A stretch of 62,915 bases of DNA, counting the filler, from Candidatus Ancaeobacter aquaticus (GTDB taxonomy: Bacteria; Auribacterota; Ancaeobacteria; Ancaeobacterales; Ancaeobacteraceae), in NCBI GenBank assembly GCA_030765405.1. It is 4 parts of 4 records of this genome, joined end to end, with 100 filler letters (N's around TTAATTAATTAA, not from the genome) between each part and the next. Parts side by side here need not be neighbours in the genome. Positions count along the whole stretch, not along the records: positions 1 to 24,695 come from JAVCCP010000019.1; 3 more parts are not named here. One strand, written 5' to 3'. Both the position numbers and the translations under genes were made by a program. Position 1 is the first letter of the stretch, and every line of letters begins with the position of its first letter. The notes under the pieces were generated by a model, which made no database searches, had not been told where the DNA came from, and was given only the letters and a program-made list of their open reading frames with translations. Positions 1-11,400 of this stretch are shown here, piece after piece.

Positions 1-92
1 AATAATTACCCACGCAAGATACTAAATTTTCAATCTGCTCAACAGGGGTTTGAAAGAGAACTTCAGGAGATCGCAGCTTAAATGAAAAATGA

Positions 93-383
93 CCACTATT
101 TACGGCATTTAACTTTACAATCCACCGTGATCTTGGACAACAAATTGACAATGGCAGTAACGGCAGACATGCTATGGCCCTTGTACAAGGAAAGGTTGAC
201 GAGGCTTCAGAAGGAGGTCATCACGACTTACCGCTCAGAACGCTGTATAACACCGTTGTCGACATTGATAAAAAAACAATAGAGGTAAAATTCTATGAAC
301 GGGACGGAAAAAGAAATCTGAAGACAGGCTATCCGGAGCTGATATTTTCAAAACCGTTTGAGTTTCAGTTAGAGAATAAGTAG
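93..383 (+). pseudogene. C-terminal fragment of a possible C45/Ntn-hydrolase-like protein
   Basis: Frame-3 stretch ending RTLYNTVVDIDKKTIEVKFY...SKPFEFQLENK resembles the C-terminus of C45-family hydrolases. In-frame stops at 51 and 90 suggest disruption. Weak call. Confidence 0.25.
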
Positions 384-407
384 TTCTTTTTTTATTTGAT
401 GGCACTA

Positions 408-3400
408 TTAAGAGGATTCCCCGACAGCTTTTGTCTGTCGCGTATCGATCTGTGGTATGCGCACTGATGGTTCAGAAGTAAGGAGAAGCGTAAGCATATT
501 TCCTTTTCTTTCAAGTTTGAAACCGTTTATTTCCACGATAAAATCTTTCTTTCTTCCCACTTTCTTTAGAGTAGTATTTGTTATCTTTGCCATTTTATAC
601 ATATCATCAATCGAATGCACTCGTAAGAATCTAAATAACAGGCCACTCTCATACCTTGTTTTAGGAAGATCGACATAGAAGTTTAACCCTTGTTTGGTTG
701 CCCAACTTTTTATTGGATCAATCCAAACAGCTGTTTTAGCAAATCCGGGTTCAGTGTATCGTTTTACAAGCATTCTCAAAGAAGAAGTGATTTTTCCATC
801 TTGATCAAATAAATACGGTGGTCTGTCAAAATATCTATCCATACCATTTTTTACATACTGCAAAACATCCTCATCGAGTGAAGATTTGACTTTTTGCATA
901 ATAGCATCAGTCAATTGAAAATAGAGTCCCTTGGATTGCGGAGGAAGCTGTGCAAACTGTTTCTCCTTATCGGGATCTTTAGGGAAAGAACCAATTTCCT
1001 CTTCCTCAATCACTTTCTGGGATCCATATTTCAGTACCACACGCAGTCCCAAACGCAGAATTTGCGATTCAAAATATTTCTCTATTTGTTTTAATCTTCG
1101 ATACATATCTTTGGGTGCTTTTTTCTCGAGCTTTGCGAAATCAGCCGCATAATCAGCAGGTTTTTTAGAACCAACAAGATTTGAAAGGTCAGCCGCTAAC
1201 TGCCCTTTCGTCGCTCTATCATACAACTCTCTAAGATAGGATCCTGAACGGGAAATAGGGCGGGCATAATCTTTTGATTGCCATGTGCCTTTGCCGATTC
1301 TTATCGTTTTACGTCCGGCTCCAACCTCCAGATCATCAAAAAGCTCACCGAGTATTTCAATAATACGCCGTTTATCCTCTCCAATATTGATTGTCATTCC
1401 GACCTCATCATCTTTATTTTTAGGGGTCATTAATTTACTCGATGTGGTAAATAAAACACGCATAGGCATTTCTTTATACTTATCTATATCAGCAGGCGTG
1501 AGCCTATCAACGCCCCGGGATGGTATTTTAGGACTCCCAGGATCGACAAGACCAAGACGTACCCGTGCGTTATAAATGAGTTCCAATAGTTTCACAGACT
1601 CTTCATATGTTATATGCCCGCTCATCCACTGATGTTCATGTCTCACCCGAATAGGTCTATATTTTCCTAACAAGGCCATCTTCTCCCTCGTAATCAACTG
1701 ACCAGAAATCCTTCCTTGCCTACCATGAATTCGTGGCCTTCCTTCGATCAACACTTCTGCATACCTCATATCAAATATCTTATCCAGAAGCTGTGTCGCC
1801 TTCTGCTGATTTGATGCAAAATGCCCAATACCGATAATGAGCACTTTTCCTTGATCTGTTTTTGCAAGCTCCCACAAAGCAGTTTCAATAGCCTGAAGAC
1901 TATCCTCTTCTTTATCCCTCATTTTCTTTCTTCTTTCATACTTACGAAAATCCTTCTTATCGATACTTCCAAAATAATCAATGAGTGATTTTTTAGTCTG
2001 AATATCAGGGACTGCGGCAATGTATTGCAGCATTATTTCGCGCCAGTCATCAGGGGGAAGGTCTTGCACATCAAATATTTTTTCAAACAATACGTTGATT
2101 TGTTCTGATGACCACCGCGCCATATCACAATGGTTAACGGCATACAATAACTGCCGCACCATATCGTCTCTATCAAGCCCAATCCATTTCTTTTTTTTCT
2201 TTGTTGCCACCAGGCACTTATCAAGTAATGTTTCTATCCATTGTATTTCATACTCAGGCTTGTCCCATGAATGTGCTGACCACGCCTCTAATATTTCCTG
2301 TGCGGTAAATTTACTTAAACCGGTCTTTGTTGCTTTATGAATATTCTCAATCCGCACATCAAACTTCTCCATTTTTCCGTCTTTATTCCTCAAAAGAGTT
2401 CTGGCTATACTCTTATTCAATGCGGGCGTATCCCTTTGAAATATTTTTATTAACCCAGTAATACATCGGGGATCTTCTCTCCCTAACGAGATCAATAATT
2501 TCATGATCTTTTCTCTGTTTTTTTCATTAGAGGGAACAGCTCCCTGTTTAAGCATTCTATGCAACACTTTTTTACGTATATGATCAGATATTCCTGATCC
2601 TGACTGGCGGTGAATATTCAATTGCCTGTTTATTTTTGTGAGTAATTTTTTTGTATCGTCTATACTCCAATCACTCTTACCTGCCATTTTATCTATATAC
2701 TTTTGAATGTCTTCCAAAAACAAAAACGGTATATGACGTACCTGATAATGACTCCACGCAGTGGTTTTATGTGCCAGCCTTTGCTTAATATCCGTTATTA
2801 TCTGATGGGTTAAATCTTTCGGCATATCATTTTCAGTTCCTATTTGCTTAACAGTATCACAGAGTGCTTTGATGGTATCTTTTGCAACTTGCTTACGCGA
2901 TTGATCTTTTGTTTCCACTGAAAGCGAATCAATCCGATTGAGTCGTTCCGAAAGAGTAAGTAATATTTTTCTTTTATCATCTTTTCCCAAAAACTTTACC
3001 GCATACGCCAAATACTTCATCATATCTTTTTTTAATACTTCAGGGATCTTTTTCTTCTTTTTGCGCATCCACTCCCCTCTGCGTTCCTCAGTATAGGACT
3101 CTATGCTGTCAAGCAAACGGTTCATTACCCATTTACCCGCTTCAGGATTACCGACATATTCCCTTTTATAATCGCGTAGATCACTAAAATAATCTCTGAT
3201 AACTTGTGAAATACGGTTACTAAAACTGTTTACGACATCATCCTTTTGAAAAATATCCCAGTTGCCATTCTGAAGCTCATCTAATAGCCACATAAATTCA
3301 TTCTCAGATAATCCCGGATTTTTCGCCCAATCTTCCAGGTATTCACCTGCTTCAATTGCGTTGCGTCCTGATGAATATAGTTGGCGAAGACGTTTACGCA

Positions 3401-5651
3401 TAACATTTTTTAAGTGTATTTCCTTACTTTTTTTTGACTTCCATGCAAGATAAAATTGTTTCATGCTATTAACAAAATATATTTTTGCTCCGCGAGATTC
3501 TTTCCGTATTGATGCGCTGTTTATGTAATAAATATCTCCCATTTTTCTTAATACCGATTTACCTTCTTTATTTTTCTCGTACGCTCTTGTTAAGTTTTTT
3601 ATCCCATCTTTACCGGCAAATACAATTATGGGTATATCACGATCAAGTGTCTTAGATGCCTCTAATGCTTCTGCCACAGAACCGACCAAAGTCGTGTTTA
3701 GATGCGATATCATTGACCAGGACCTGTTCATACGGTCTGTAACCTGATGTATTTTATTGTCTTGAAAGCGCACAGGAACAGGTGAGACAGTAAGAGGCGC
3801 TGAGAAATTCGTACCATCAATTGCAATCACATCAGAAACAGCAATATCTTCTACCGTCTCAATACTTGCTGAATACGGAAAGGAATCTCCTATTTCACTC
3901 ACGAGTGAAAAACTTGATATAATCTTACCGTCTTTATCAAGTTTCTTTAGCACATAAATGCTTGACCCGACTTCGTTTGGAAGATGGTACGCGCGATAAG
4001 CTGTTATCCCTATCCTATTATAATCACTATCAGTAAGTACCATCGAGTGGATATCACTTTCAAATATCTTTAGATCAACCTGTATCCCGTCTTTTTTCCA
4101 GGTTTCCACCTTTTTTTGAAAGTCCAATGTTTGTGCGGTTTGACGGTCAGCATATATCGTTACTGGCTTCATAAAATGTTTATTACGAATCCTATAATGA
4201 GGATTAACTGTTTCAATGAAAGGATCAGCCCCTTCACCCTTATAGCCGCCCATATCAAAAACTGTCACCACTCGTTTAGTTGGCCTTAGCAAATAACTAG
4301 TAACTTCATGGGTAAATTTATTTCCAAGCTCCAGTTTTAGCTTTTCAGTTAACGGAGGCACAGGGCGAGCCACAAGATTTTTTTGCATTTTACCTCTAAC
4401 ATAATTTGACACATAACTGGAATGATCACCATGAGGATGAGTAATAATCAGTTCAATTCGGTCAACACCGTTATATATACGGTAATCCTTTAAAATGTCT
4501 TCTAACCATCTATTTAAAATCTTTCCGGGATCAATTACCAATGCTGCCTTTGTCGAAGCTTCATCAGCTTTATCAATATCCTTCCACGCTTTTAAGGCTT
4601 CTCCTTTAGTAATTTCTCGAGTCAATAAGGTAACCCGCTCTGGTTCACGAAGAACTCTCCAGAATTCATAAGAAATATAGATTGTATGCGGCTCATCTGG
4701 ATAAATCCAGCTTGCCCTATAAGACGATATATTCATTAAGTCTTCATGATGAACAAATGTAAGTTTTTTCTTGCTAAGATCTACTCTCGTATTAATTCCT
4801 AACTGTGAAAAGATCTTATACTCTTTAATTGTTTTAAGTGCTTTCTCAAGCGCAACCTTGGACTCAGCATCAATCTTATCTTTAAGAGACATTGGCCGCT
4901 CGACAGGGGTAATAAGCGCGGGCTTTGTTTCATGAATAATTTCGTAGTCTTTATCTAGTGATATTTTTTGCAATTCTTTTAGAGGGATTATTGAACGGCT
5001 TGGCGCAATGAGGGGTGATTCACTCAAATCACTCGCATATTCACTAACCGGCACTCCTGAAGAATAAAGCCACTTCATAACAAATGGGGTAAGATTTTCT
5101 TCTCGAGCAAAATCACGCACAAATTCAACAGGACTAGGCCAAACTGTAGTAATGAGAGGTTGAGCTCTGACTTCTATAACAGTAGGAATACCCGTTTCAG
5201 GGTCACTAAACCACCCAGAAATTCTTCCATCTTCACGAACATATATACTATCAGGGATAATTGCATGTGCGTCTATTCCATCCCTAACTTCGGCAACTAT
5301 TTCATCTTTTTCTTTTCGTTTAAGTTTTTTTCCCGCTAAAGATTTTAGATATCTGTTTAAATGCTTTTTTCTAAACCGCTCTTGCCTCTCCTCCAATACA
5401 GAAAATGATAAAGATCCATACTTAGGATTATCTTGCTTGCTCCAGGCATACCATAAGTCTAACATCAAAGCAATTTGATAGCTCTCAAGGAGAACTTCAT
5501 CACTTTTTGAGGGGGGCGCTAAAGTAACGGTTTCTATGTTTTTCCGTGTGAGCAGCTGTGATGCTTGGGAAGTGTATATATTTTTAAAAAGAAATGATAA
5601 GCACACTAGAGAAATTACAAGTAAGAAATACACACCTTTTCTTAATAACAT
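408..5651 (-). CDS. 1747-aa protein with N-terminal signal/TM segment and a metallo-beta-lactamase (RNase J-like) domain
   Basis: Long ORF with hydrophobic N-terminus. Contains THPHGDH (aa 404-410), FDMGG, IYAD, AYHLP, IGD and DGTN motifs; the rest is unrecognised, largely helical and Lys-rich. Confidence 0.75.
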   Translation of the reverse strand: MLLRKGVYFLLVISLVCLSFLFKNIYTSQASQLLTRKNIETVTLAPPSKSDEVLLESYQIALMLDLWYAWSKQDNPKYGSLSFSVLEERQERFRKKHLNRYLKSLAGKKLKRKEKDEIVAEVRDGIDAHAIIPDSIYVREDGRISGWFSDPETGIPTVIEVRAQPLITTVWPSPVEFVRDFAREENLTPFVMKWLYSSGVPVSEYASDLSESPLIAPSRSIIPLKELQKISLDKDYEIIHETKPALITPVERPMSLKDKIDAESKVALEKALKTIKEYKIFSQLGINTRVDLSKKKLTFVHHEDLMNISSYRASWIYPDEPHTIYISYEFWRVLREPERVTLLTREITKGEALKAWKDIDKADEASTKAALVIDPGKILNRWLEDILKDYRIYNGVDRIELIITHPHGDHSSYVSNYVRGKMQKNLVARPVPPLTEKLKLELGNKFTHEVTSYLLRPTKRVVTVFDMGGYKGEGADPFIETVNPHYRIRNKHFMKPVTIYADRQTAQTLDFQKKVETWKKDGIQVDLKIFESDIHSMVLTDSDYNRIGITAYRAYHLPNEVGSSIYVLKKLDKDGKIISSFSLVSEIGDSFPYSASIETVEDIAVSDVIAIDGTNFSAPLTVSPVPVRFQDNKIHQVTDRMNRSWSMISHLNTTLVGSVAEALEASKTLDRDIPIIVFAGKDGIKNLTRAYEKNKEGKSVLRKMGDIYYINSASIRKESRGAKIYFVNSMKQFYLAWKSKKSKEIHLKNVMRKRLRQLYSSGRNAIEAGEYLEDWAKNPGLSENEFMWLLDELQNGNWDIFQKDDVVNSFSNRISQVIRDYFSDLRDYKREYVGNPEAGKWVMNRLLDSIESYTEERRGEWMRKKKKKIPEVLKKDMMKYLAYAVKFLGKDDKRKILLTLSERLNRIDSLSVETKDQSRKQVAKDTIKALCDTVKQIGTENDMPKDLTHQIITDIKQRLAHKTTAWSHYQVRHIPFLFLEDIQKYIDKMAGKSDWSIDDTKKLLTKINRQLNIHRQSGSGISDHIRKKVLHRMLKQGAVPSNEKNREKIMKLLISLGREDPRCITGLIKIFQRDTPALNKSIARTLLRNKDGKMEKFDVRIENIHKATKTGLSKFTAQEILEAWSAHSWDKPEYEIQWIETLLDKCLVATKKKKKWIGLDRDDMVRQLLYAVNHCDMARWSSEQINVLFEKIFDVQDLPPDDWREIMLQYIAAVPDIQTKKSLIDYFGSIDKKDFRKYERRKKMRDKEEDSLQAIETALWELAKTDQGKVLIIGIGHFASNQQKATQLLDKIFDMRYAEVLIEGRPRIHGRQGRISGQLITREKMALLGKYRPIRVRHEHQWMSGHITYEESVKLLELIYNARVRLGLVDPGSPKIPSRGVDRLTPADIDKYKEMPMRVLFTTSSKLMTPKNKDDEVGMTINIGEDKRRIIEILGELFDDLEVGAGRKTIRIGKGTWQSKDYARPISRSGSYLRELYDRATKGQLAADLSNLVGSKKPADYAADFAKLEKKAPKDMYRRLKQIEKYFESQILRLGLRVVLKYGSQKVIEEEEIGSFPKDPDKEKQFAQLPPQSKGLYFQLTDAIMQKVKSSLDEDVLQYVKNGMDRYFDRPPYLFDQDGKITSSLRMLVKRYTEPGFAKTAVWIDPIKSWATKQGLNFYVDLPKTRYESGLLFRFLRVHSIDDMYKMAKITNTTLKKVGRKKDFIVEINGFKLERKGNMLTLLLTSEPSVRIPQIDTRQTKAVGESS

Positions 5652-5699
5652 AAAGGAACCTCGTTGTCATATATAAAGCATACATTATAAACTGCTTAT

Positions 5700-5728
5700 A
5701 TTGTACATTATATAATTACCGATGTCAA
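5700..5728 (-). promoter_or_regulatory. sigma70-type promoter of the 1747-aa gene
   Basis: Minus strand TTGACA-17 nt-TACAAT about 50 nt upstream of the ATG. Confidence 0.7.
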
Positions 5729-5869
5729 GGGAGTGAGACAGTAAAAATCAAAGGCAAAATACTGTGAGTTTTGCCAGGGAAAAATGTCATAGTGAGGGCG
5801 ATTCTAAAATCAGCCTTAGGCAAGCAACTCTTGTAAATCGCCCCTAAGAAACGTGTACCGCTTTTAAGG

Positions 5870-7048
5870 TTACCTCAACGTTATAGCTCCCGAAGGGCAT
5901 ACTTGATAGCACAGAGAACAACCGCAGCATGTATCTCGATCAACTGCATACGCATTATTGTGAGAACTGATCGCGCCAGATGCACCGTCGCGACACGATA
6001 CATGGCATTTTCCACAGGAAGTACATTTTTCAGGGTCTATGGAGGCTTTTACCGAATAACTCTGATCAAGCTCAGAAAACTGCTTTATTGACCTTCTCCC
6101 TAACCCCAAAAAATCTGATACAGACGAAAAATTGTGCCAGGACATGAATTCGGCAAGTTCATCTTTCATCTTTGAAACAATATCATAGCCTTCAAGCATT
6201 ACCGCAGTGCAGACTTGTAGAACCGGTGCCCCTGCCAATAAAAACTCAGCCCCGTCATATCCAGAGGAGATTCCGCCACAGCCCATTACAGGTATTTTGA
6301 CATCTCCAGTGAGATCGCTCACACATCTTAATGCAATAGGCCTAATCCCCTGCCCGGAATATCCGCCTGGGGTAGTCCAGCCATTCACATCTGGTCTGGG
6401 AGCAAGAGTCTTTAGATCAAAACCCATAATGGAAGGGATAGTATTAATTGCGCTGATCCCGTCAGCACCTTTTTCTGAAACCGCCAGACCAATATGTAAA
6501 ATATCTGTAACAGCCGCAGTCAGTTTTGGTATAACCGGAACATGTATTCTCTTATCACTTTTTAGCCATCCGGTAATTAATCCAGAATATTCAGGGTTCT
6601 GCCCTATGGCGGACCCTTTACCTTTTTCCGGATACCCATGAGGACAGGAAAAATTAAGTTCTATCATATCCGCGCCTGCATCCTGACATCCCAAGGCAAG
6701 TTCAATCCACTGCTCTTGTTCCTTCGCATCCCCCATAATACTGCCAATAACGATCTTGTCGGAAAAGTCTTTTTTCAGGGAAGCTATATCTCTGTACCAC
6801 TCTTCCGGAGACATTTCACTCAAAAGCTCGATATTTTCAAAACCAATAACCGTCTTCCCGCATTTGATCGATGCAAAACGGTTCTGTAGATTTTTTACCG
6901 GTTCTCTGATAAGCGTCTTAACAACTGCTCCGGCCCATCCGGCCTCAAATCCTCTCTTTATCATATCGGCATTGGCTGTCGGCGGACCGGAAGCAAGCAC
7001 AAAGGGGCTATCAAACTTTTTACCTAGACAATTAATAGAAATATCCAT
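5870..7048 (-). CDS. preA: NAD-dependent dihydropyrimidine dehydrogenase subunit PreA
   Basis: LASGPPT, ELNFSCPHG, PKLT, GGYSG and VCTAVM DHOD/DPD motifs, plus C-terminal 2x[4Fe-4S] (CTSCGKC...C, CCGCSLC...CP). Confidence 0.9.
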   Translation of the reverse strand: MDISINCLGKKFDSPFVLASGPPTANADMIKRGFEAGWAGAVVKTLIREPVKNLQNRFASIKCGKTVIGFENIELLSEMSPEEWYRDIASLKKDFSDKIVIGSIMGDAKEQEQWIELALGCQDAGADMIELNFSCPHGYPEKGKGSAIGQNPEYSGLITGWLKSDKRIHVPVIPKLTAAVTDILHIGLAVSEKGADGISAINTIPSIMGFDLKTLAPRPDVNGWTTPGGYSGQGIRPIALRCVSDLTGDVKIPVMGCGGISSGYDGAEFLLAGAPVLQVCTAVMLEGYDIVSKMKDELAEFMSWHNFSSVSDFLGLGRRSIKQFSELDQSYSVKASIDPEKCTSCGKCHVSCRDGASGAISSHNNAYAVDRDTCCGCSLCYQVCPSGAITLR

Positions 7049-7133
7049 ATTTCTAACCTCTTACAACAAAACTGTTTTATCCTTTAATGGTTTTACCAAG
7101 GGTTATTTTACTTAACCACCGAGGCTTTTTCAA

Positions 7134-7334
7134 GTGCTAAAGCGCCTGAAATTATTCACATTTATATTGTATGATAACACCAACATCAAGACAAAGCGGA
7201 TAATCAAGCCCTATTTTGTAGGCGAGAACACATATTCAGGAAAAAAGTTCCTTGGGGTGAACGCCTTCTGCCTTGAAAGAAATGATAAACGCGTATTCAA
7301 GGTGGACAGAATCCTTGAAATAAGGACGGTCTAA
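7134..7334 (+). CDS. small stand-alone WYL-like domain protein (possibly truncated)
   Basis: KRIIKPY...NAFCLERNDKRVFKVDRI matches the WYL signature; no HTH domain; in-frame stop at 7113 limits the ORF. Confidence 0.6.
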   Translation: MLKRLKLFTFILYDNTNIKTKRIIKPYFVGENTYSGKKFLGVNAFCLERNDKRVFKVDRILEIRTV

Positions 7335-7348
7335 CAGATTAATCAAGA

Positions 7349-8119
7349 TTACAGATAACTGAAGCCATATTCGTCATTGTCGACGCTGAACTCTTCTTCG
7401 CTTAATTGAGGATTAAGTACGAGATCCAGAAACAGGCAATACTCGGAAAGTTTCCCCTTTTTATTATATGCATAGACCTCAAGAGGAAGATAGGTCTTCG
7501 TATCAATATAAAAAATCACCCTTGGGAACATGTAATCTTCTTTCGGCAAAAAACGTTCGAGATGAAACACCTCCCTACCGTTTCGCGTGACAATCCCTTT
7601 ATAACGCAGATCAAGAACATTGTTCCTTTTGGCGTCTAATGTGACATCAATGATATCCTCAATCAGATTACCGATCCCAAAGTCCTTCAGAGTGTGCCGC
7701 GAATCTTTTCTTTTAAAAGTGCTTGGAAGCTTCAAGCATCTTATAAGGAATCCAAAAAGCCCTTCAGGTCTAACAAAAATGCAATCGTTATTCTGATCCG
7801 CTATATACAGAACTTCGCGGTCCTTGCAGGGTGCGTCGAACCATTTCAGATAAACGCTGAACGGTTTTTTAAATTTAACGTAGATCTGTTCCGGAGGTTT
7901 CTTTTTGTTTAACGCAGGCTCTCCTTTCACCATTACCGCAGTATAATTTTCTATATTTTCATATCGGTCCCTCATAGAAAGGATAATCTTGAGAGGATCA
8001 TGACCTTCATCGGCTAAAATACAGATTGATCCAAATCCTGAAATAATAATAGTTCCAGTCAAAACGCATAATACAACAGCCCCACGCACGCATCTCAAAT
8101 AACGAATAAACATATCCAA
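7349..8119 (-). CDS. DUF1571 / LolA-like fold exported protein
   Basis: Signal-like N-terminus; YTAVMVKGE, VKFKKPFSVYLKW, REVLY, FGIGNLI and IYIDxxxxLP-type motifs. Confidence 0.75.
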   Translation of the reverse strand: MDMFIRYLRCVRGAVVLCVLTGTIIISGFGSICILADEGHDPLKIILSMRDRYENIENYTAVMVKGEPALNKKKPPEQIYVKFKKPFSVYLKWFDAPCKDREVLYIADQNNDCIFVRPEGLFGFLIRCLKLPSTFKRKDSRHTLKDFGIGNLIEDIIDVTLDAKRNNVLDLRYKGIVTRNGREVFHLERFLPKEDYMFPRVIFYIDTKTYLPLEVYAYNKKGKLSEYCLFLDLVLNPQLSEEEFSVDNDEYGFSYL

Positions 8120-8417
8120 CCCCCACTACCTAGAAAATATTGCAAATTCCTGTATATTAACAAATACGATATAGTATGGTGAAATGGCTTTATCACAATC
8201 TACGGTGTATGTGCCTATGAATATTGCTGGAGCACCCGTTTTCCAAATAATACTATAATTAATTTTATTTATTTGGAAGTGATGAAATAGCAATTGTCAA
8301 TATTCTAACACCGCCATATTCTTTAGTAAACAAAAAAGGCCTCGACGTGAGTCGCGTAGGCGACATGCCGCACGCGATATCTCTACCAAGGCCTTTATAT
8401 ATCTTTTTATCTTTTGC

Positions 8418-11400
8418 TTACAGCTTACGTCTTTGTTTTCTCATCCACCCAACAATCAATCCCAAAAGCCCTATACCGAAAAGGGCGTATGTTGACGGTT
8501 CGGGAATTGCATTGAAATTCATAGATAAATCATTCACATTCTGGCTTATTGAAAAATTACCAACGCCAAGGGAGTTTGTGAATAAGGTACTGTCAACATC
8601 AAATTTATCAGCAGAAAACCCTGTAATGCCCCCAGAAGCGGTTGCAATAACCCATGAATAATCTTGAGAATTATCAAAGTTATCGGCAGCTGTCCCCATC
8701 GTCGAAAGATCAAGATTGAATTTACTTTCGGAGGTTGCGGTTATATTAAGTCCTCCTGTAATATTAAGCCAATCATATCCAGGATCATCCCCTTCTGTGC
8801 CTGTAGCATCATTAATCTCCCAGAGATACGTGCCCCCGCTTTGCCATATAGTAGGGCCGGCATTCAGCGTTCCAGGACTCAATCCCGGCGAGAAAGTACC
8901 GCCGTCTGCCACAGTAAGATTAAAAACAGTTCCCGAACCAATGAGTTTACCGCCATCGTTGATTGTAGTAGCACTATTTGCAATGCTACCGGTCACAGAG
9001 AGTGTACTCGCATTAATCGATGTTGTACCACTATATGTATTCGTCCCCGAAAATGTAACTGTACCGTTATCACTCTTTATCAGAGCACCAGAACCGCTTA
9101 TCTCATCCGAATATGTCCCATCATTTATAAAACATAATGTTGCATCATTTGTAATATCTCCCTGTAAACTTGTTGGCGTCCCTGTTAACGTTCCACCGCT
9201 TACCGTTGTACCACCGCTATATATGTTTTCTCCTGCAAATGTAAGTGTATTATCACCACTTTTTATCACTGCTCCACTACCGCTTATAACAGCCGAATAT
9301 AGCTCAGCCGTTGTATCCCTCTCAAAACATAAAGTTGCATTATTTGTTATATTCTGATTCTGTAAAGTTGCGACAGTTCCCTTCAATGTTCCTGCACTTA
9401 TCGTTGTCCCTCCATAATATGTGTTTTCACCCGAAAGTGTAACTGTGCCTTCTCCACTCTTTATCAGAGCGCCAGAAGCGCTTATCACATCTGAATATGT
9501 CCCCGTAGTACTTTGATTAAAACATACCGTCGCACTATTTGTTATATTTCCCTGTAAACTTGTTGTTGTTCCCGTCAATATTCCATTGCTTATTGTTGTG
9601 CCACCACCATATGTATTTGCACCTGAAAGCGTAACATTACCTTCTCCCGCTTTTTCCACTTCACCCGTGCTGCTTATTACACCTGAATATGTACCATCCG
9701 TACCCTGATCAAACCACAAATTTGCATTATTTGTAATATCTCCCTGTAAACTTGTAGTTGTTCCACGTAATGTTCCTGCACTCACCGTCGTTCCACCACT
9801 ATATGTATTTGCACCTGAAAGGTAAACATGACTCTCTTCAGTAGTTTTTTCCAACGCCCCTTCCCCAGCAAGTATTGCACTTATCGAACCACTTTGAACC
9901 TCATATGAAGTACCTGTCAAAACGCCGTCCGTTCCTGTAATTTCGCCGCTTGTCAATGTTACAACTGCTACTATGTCAGAATAGCCGGCAATATCAAGTG
10001 TCCCACCTGAAATTGTCACCGCCCCGCTGTTGGCTAAAACATTATCTACACCAAGCGTTAACGCCCCTACGCTTACTTCCGTTCCACCAGTATACGTATT
10101 TGCCCCCGAAAGCGTAACCTGATGATCAGTAGTTTTGGTCAACTTCCCTTCGCCTCCAAGTTTTGCGCTTACTGTTCCGTATTGAACTTCATACGAAGTG
10201 CCTGTTAAAACACCTGCTGTTCCCTTAATTTCACTGTGCCAACCACCTTCAAACGTTACAGCACCTACTATGTCACTGTATTCATCAATATCCAATACGA
10301 CACTACTACCTGAAACTAAAACCGGACTACTATTAGCTAAAACATTATGAGCCCCAAATACCAATGTACCATTACTTACTGTCGTTCCACCTGTATATGT
10401 ATTTTCACCGGTCAGTGTCAATGTTCCGTTGGCATTCTTGACAAAACTCCCATCTGTCCCGCTCATTACACCGCTAAATTCTAAACTTTCCCAACTAGAA
10501 ATTGTTGTTAAAGTGCCACTGCCCAATGTCACATTGCCTGCACCTGATACAGAATATATTGTGTCTGAATGATCATTCAAATCTAAAACAGCGCCTGCCT
10601 CAACAACAACATCTGTAGAGGTTGAAAGCACATTATTAGCACCGCATTGTAGGGTGCCCTCATTTATTTTAGTATCCCCTGTGTATGTACTCGCTTCAGA
10701 AAAAGTAAGTGTGTTATCACCTTCCTTTTCAACTATACCAGTTCCGCTAATTATATGCGTATATTCTTCAGCCGTTGTATCCCTCTCAAAACATAGGGTC
10801 GCATTATTAGTTATATTTCGATTTTGTAAAGTAGCAACCATTCCCACTAATGTTCCAGTGGTTATTGTTGTTCCTCCGCTATACTCATTTGCACCTGAAA
10901 GTGTAACCGTACCACCACTTGTCTTTTCCAATGCACCTTCTCCTGCGAGTATCGCGCTTATCGTTCCGTCCTCAACAACATATGAATTACCGGTCAATTT
11001 ACCCGATGTCCCAATAATAGAACCGCTCGTTAATGTTACATCTCCTACCGTATCACTATAACTACTGATATCAAGTATACCGCCAGAAACATTTATTGCA
11101 CCGTCATCATCCAAAGCACCACCCGCACCATACGCCAATGACCCTGCGCTTATTGTCGTACCACCAGCATAAGTACATGCCCCTGAAATTGTAAGCGTAC
11201 CGTTACCAGATTTAATTAAATCTCCACCATGGCCATAATCTATAATCGCAGACATGTTAGTAGCACCTGACCCAGTAACCGTTAACGTCTGATCATAGAT
11301 AGCAACATGACCACTAAACGTTAGTAATGTCCCATTATTCGTAAAACTCTGGTGATGTTGAAGACCTATATTAGCGCTAAAGGCATTTGATAGGCCGGCA

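Noticed and set aside
1..383. TGA recoding (alternative genetic code) to join the frame-3 fragment
   Set aside because: TGA acts as a normal stop elsewhere, e.g. the HIT stop in an ATGA overlap at 40864-40867 and the RT stop at 27226.
8347..11061. Plus-strand ORFs antisense to the PEP-CTERM gene, and similar shadow ORFs over cob, ribosomal and transposase genes (e.g. 56869-57387)
   Set aside because: Fully overlap well-supported genes on the other strand and lack motifs; expected shadow ORFs.
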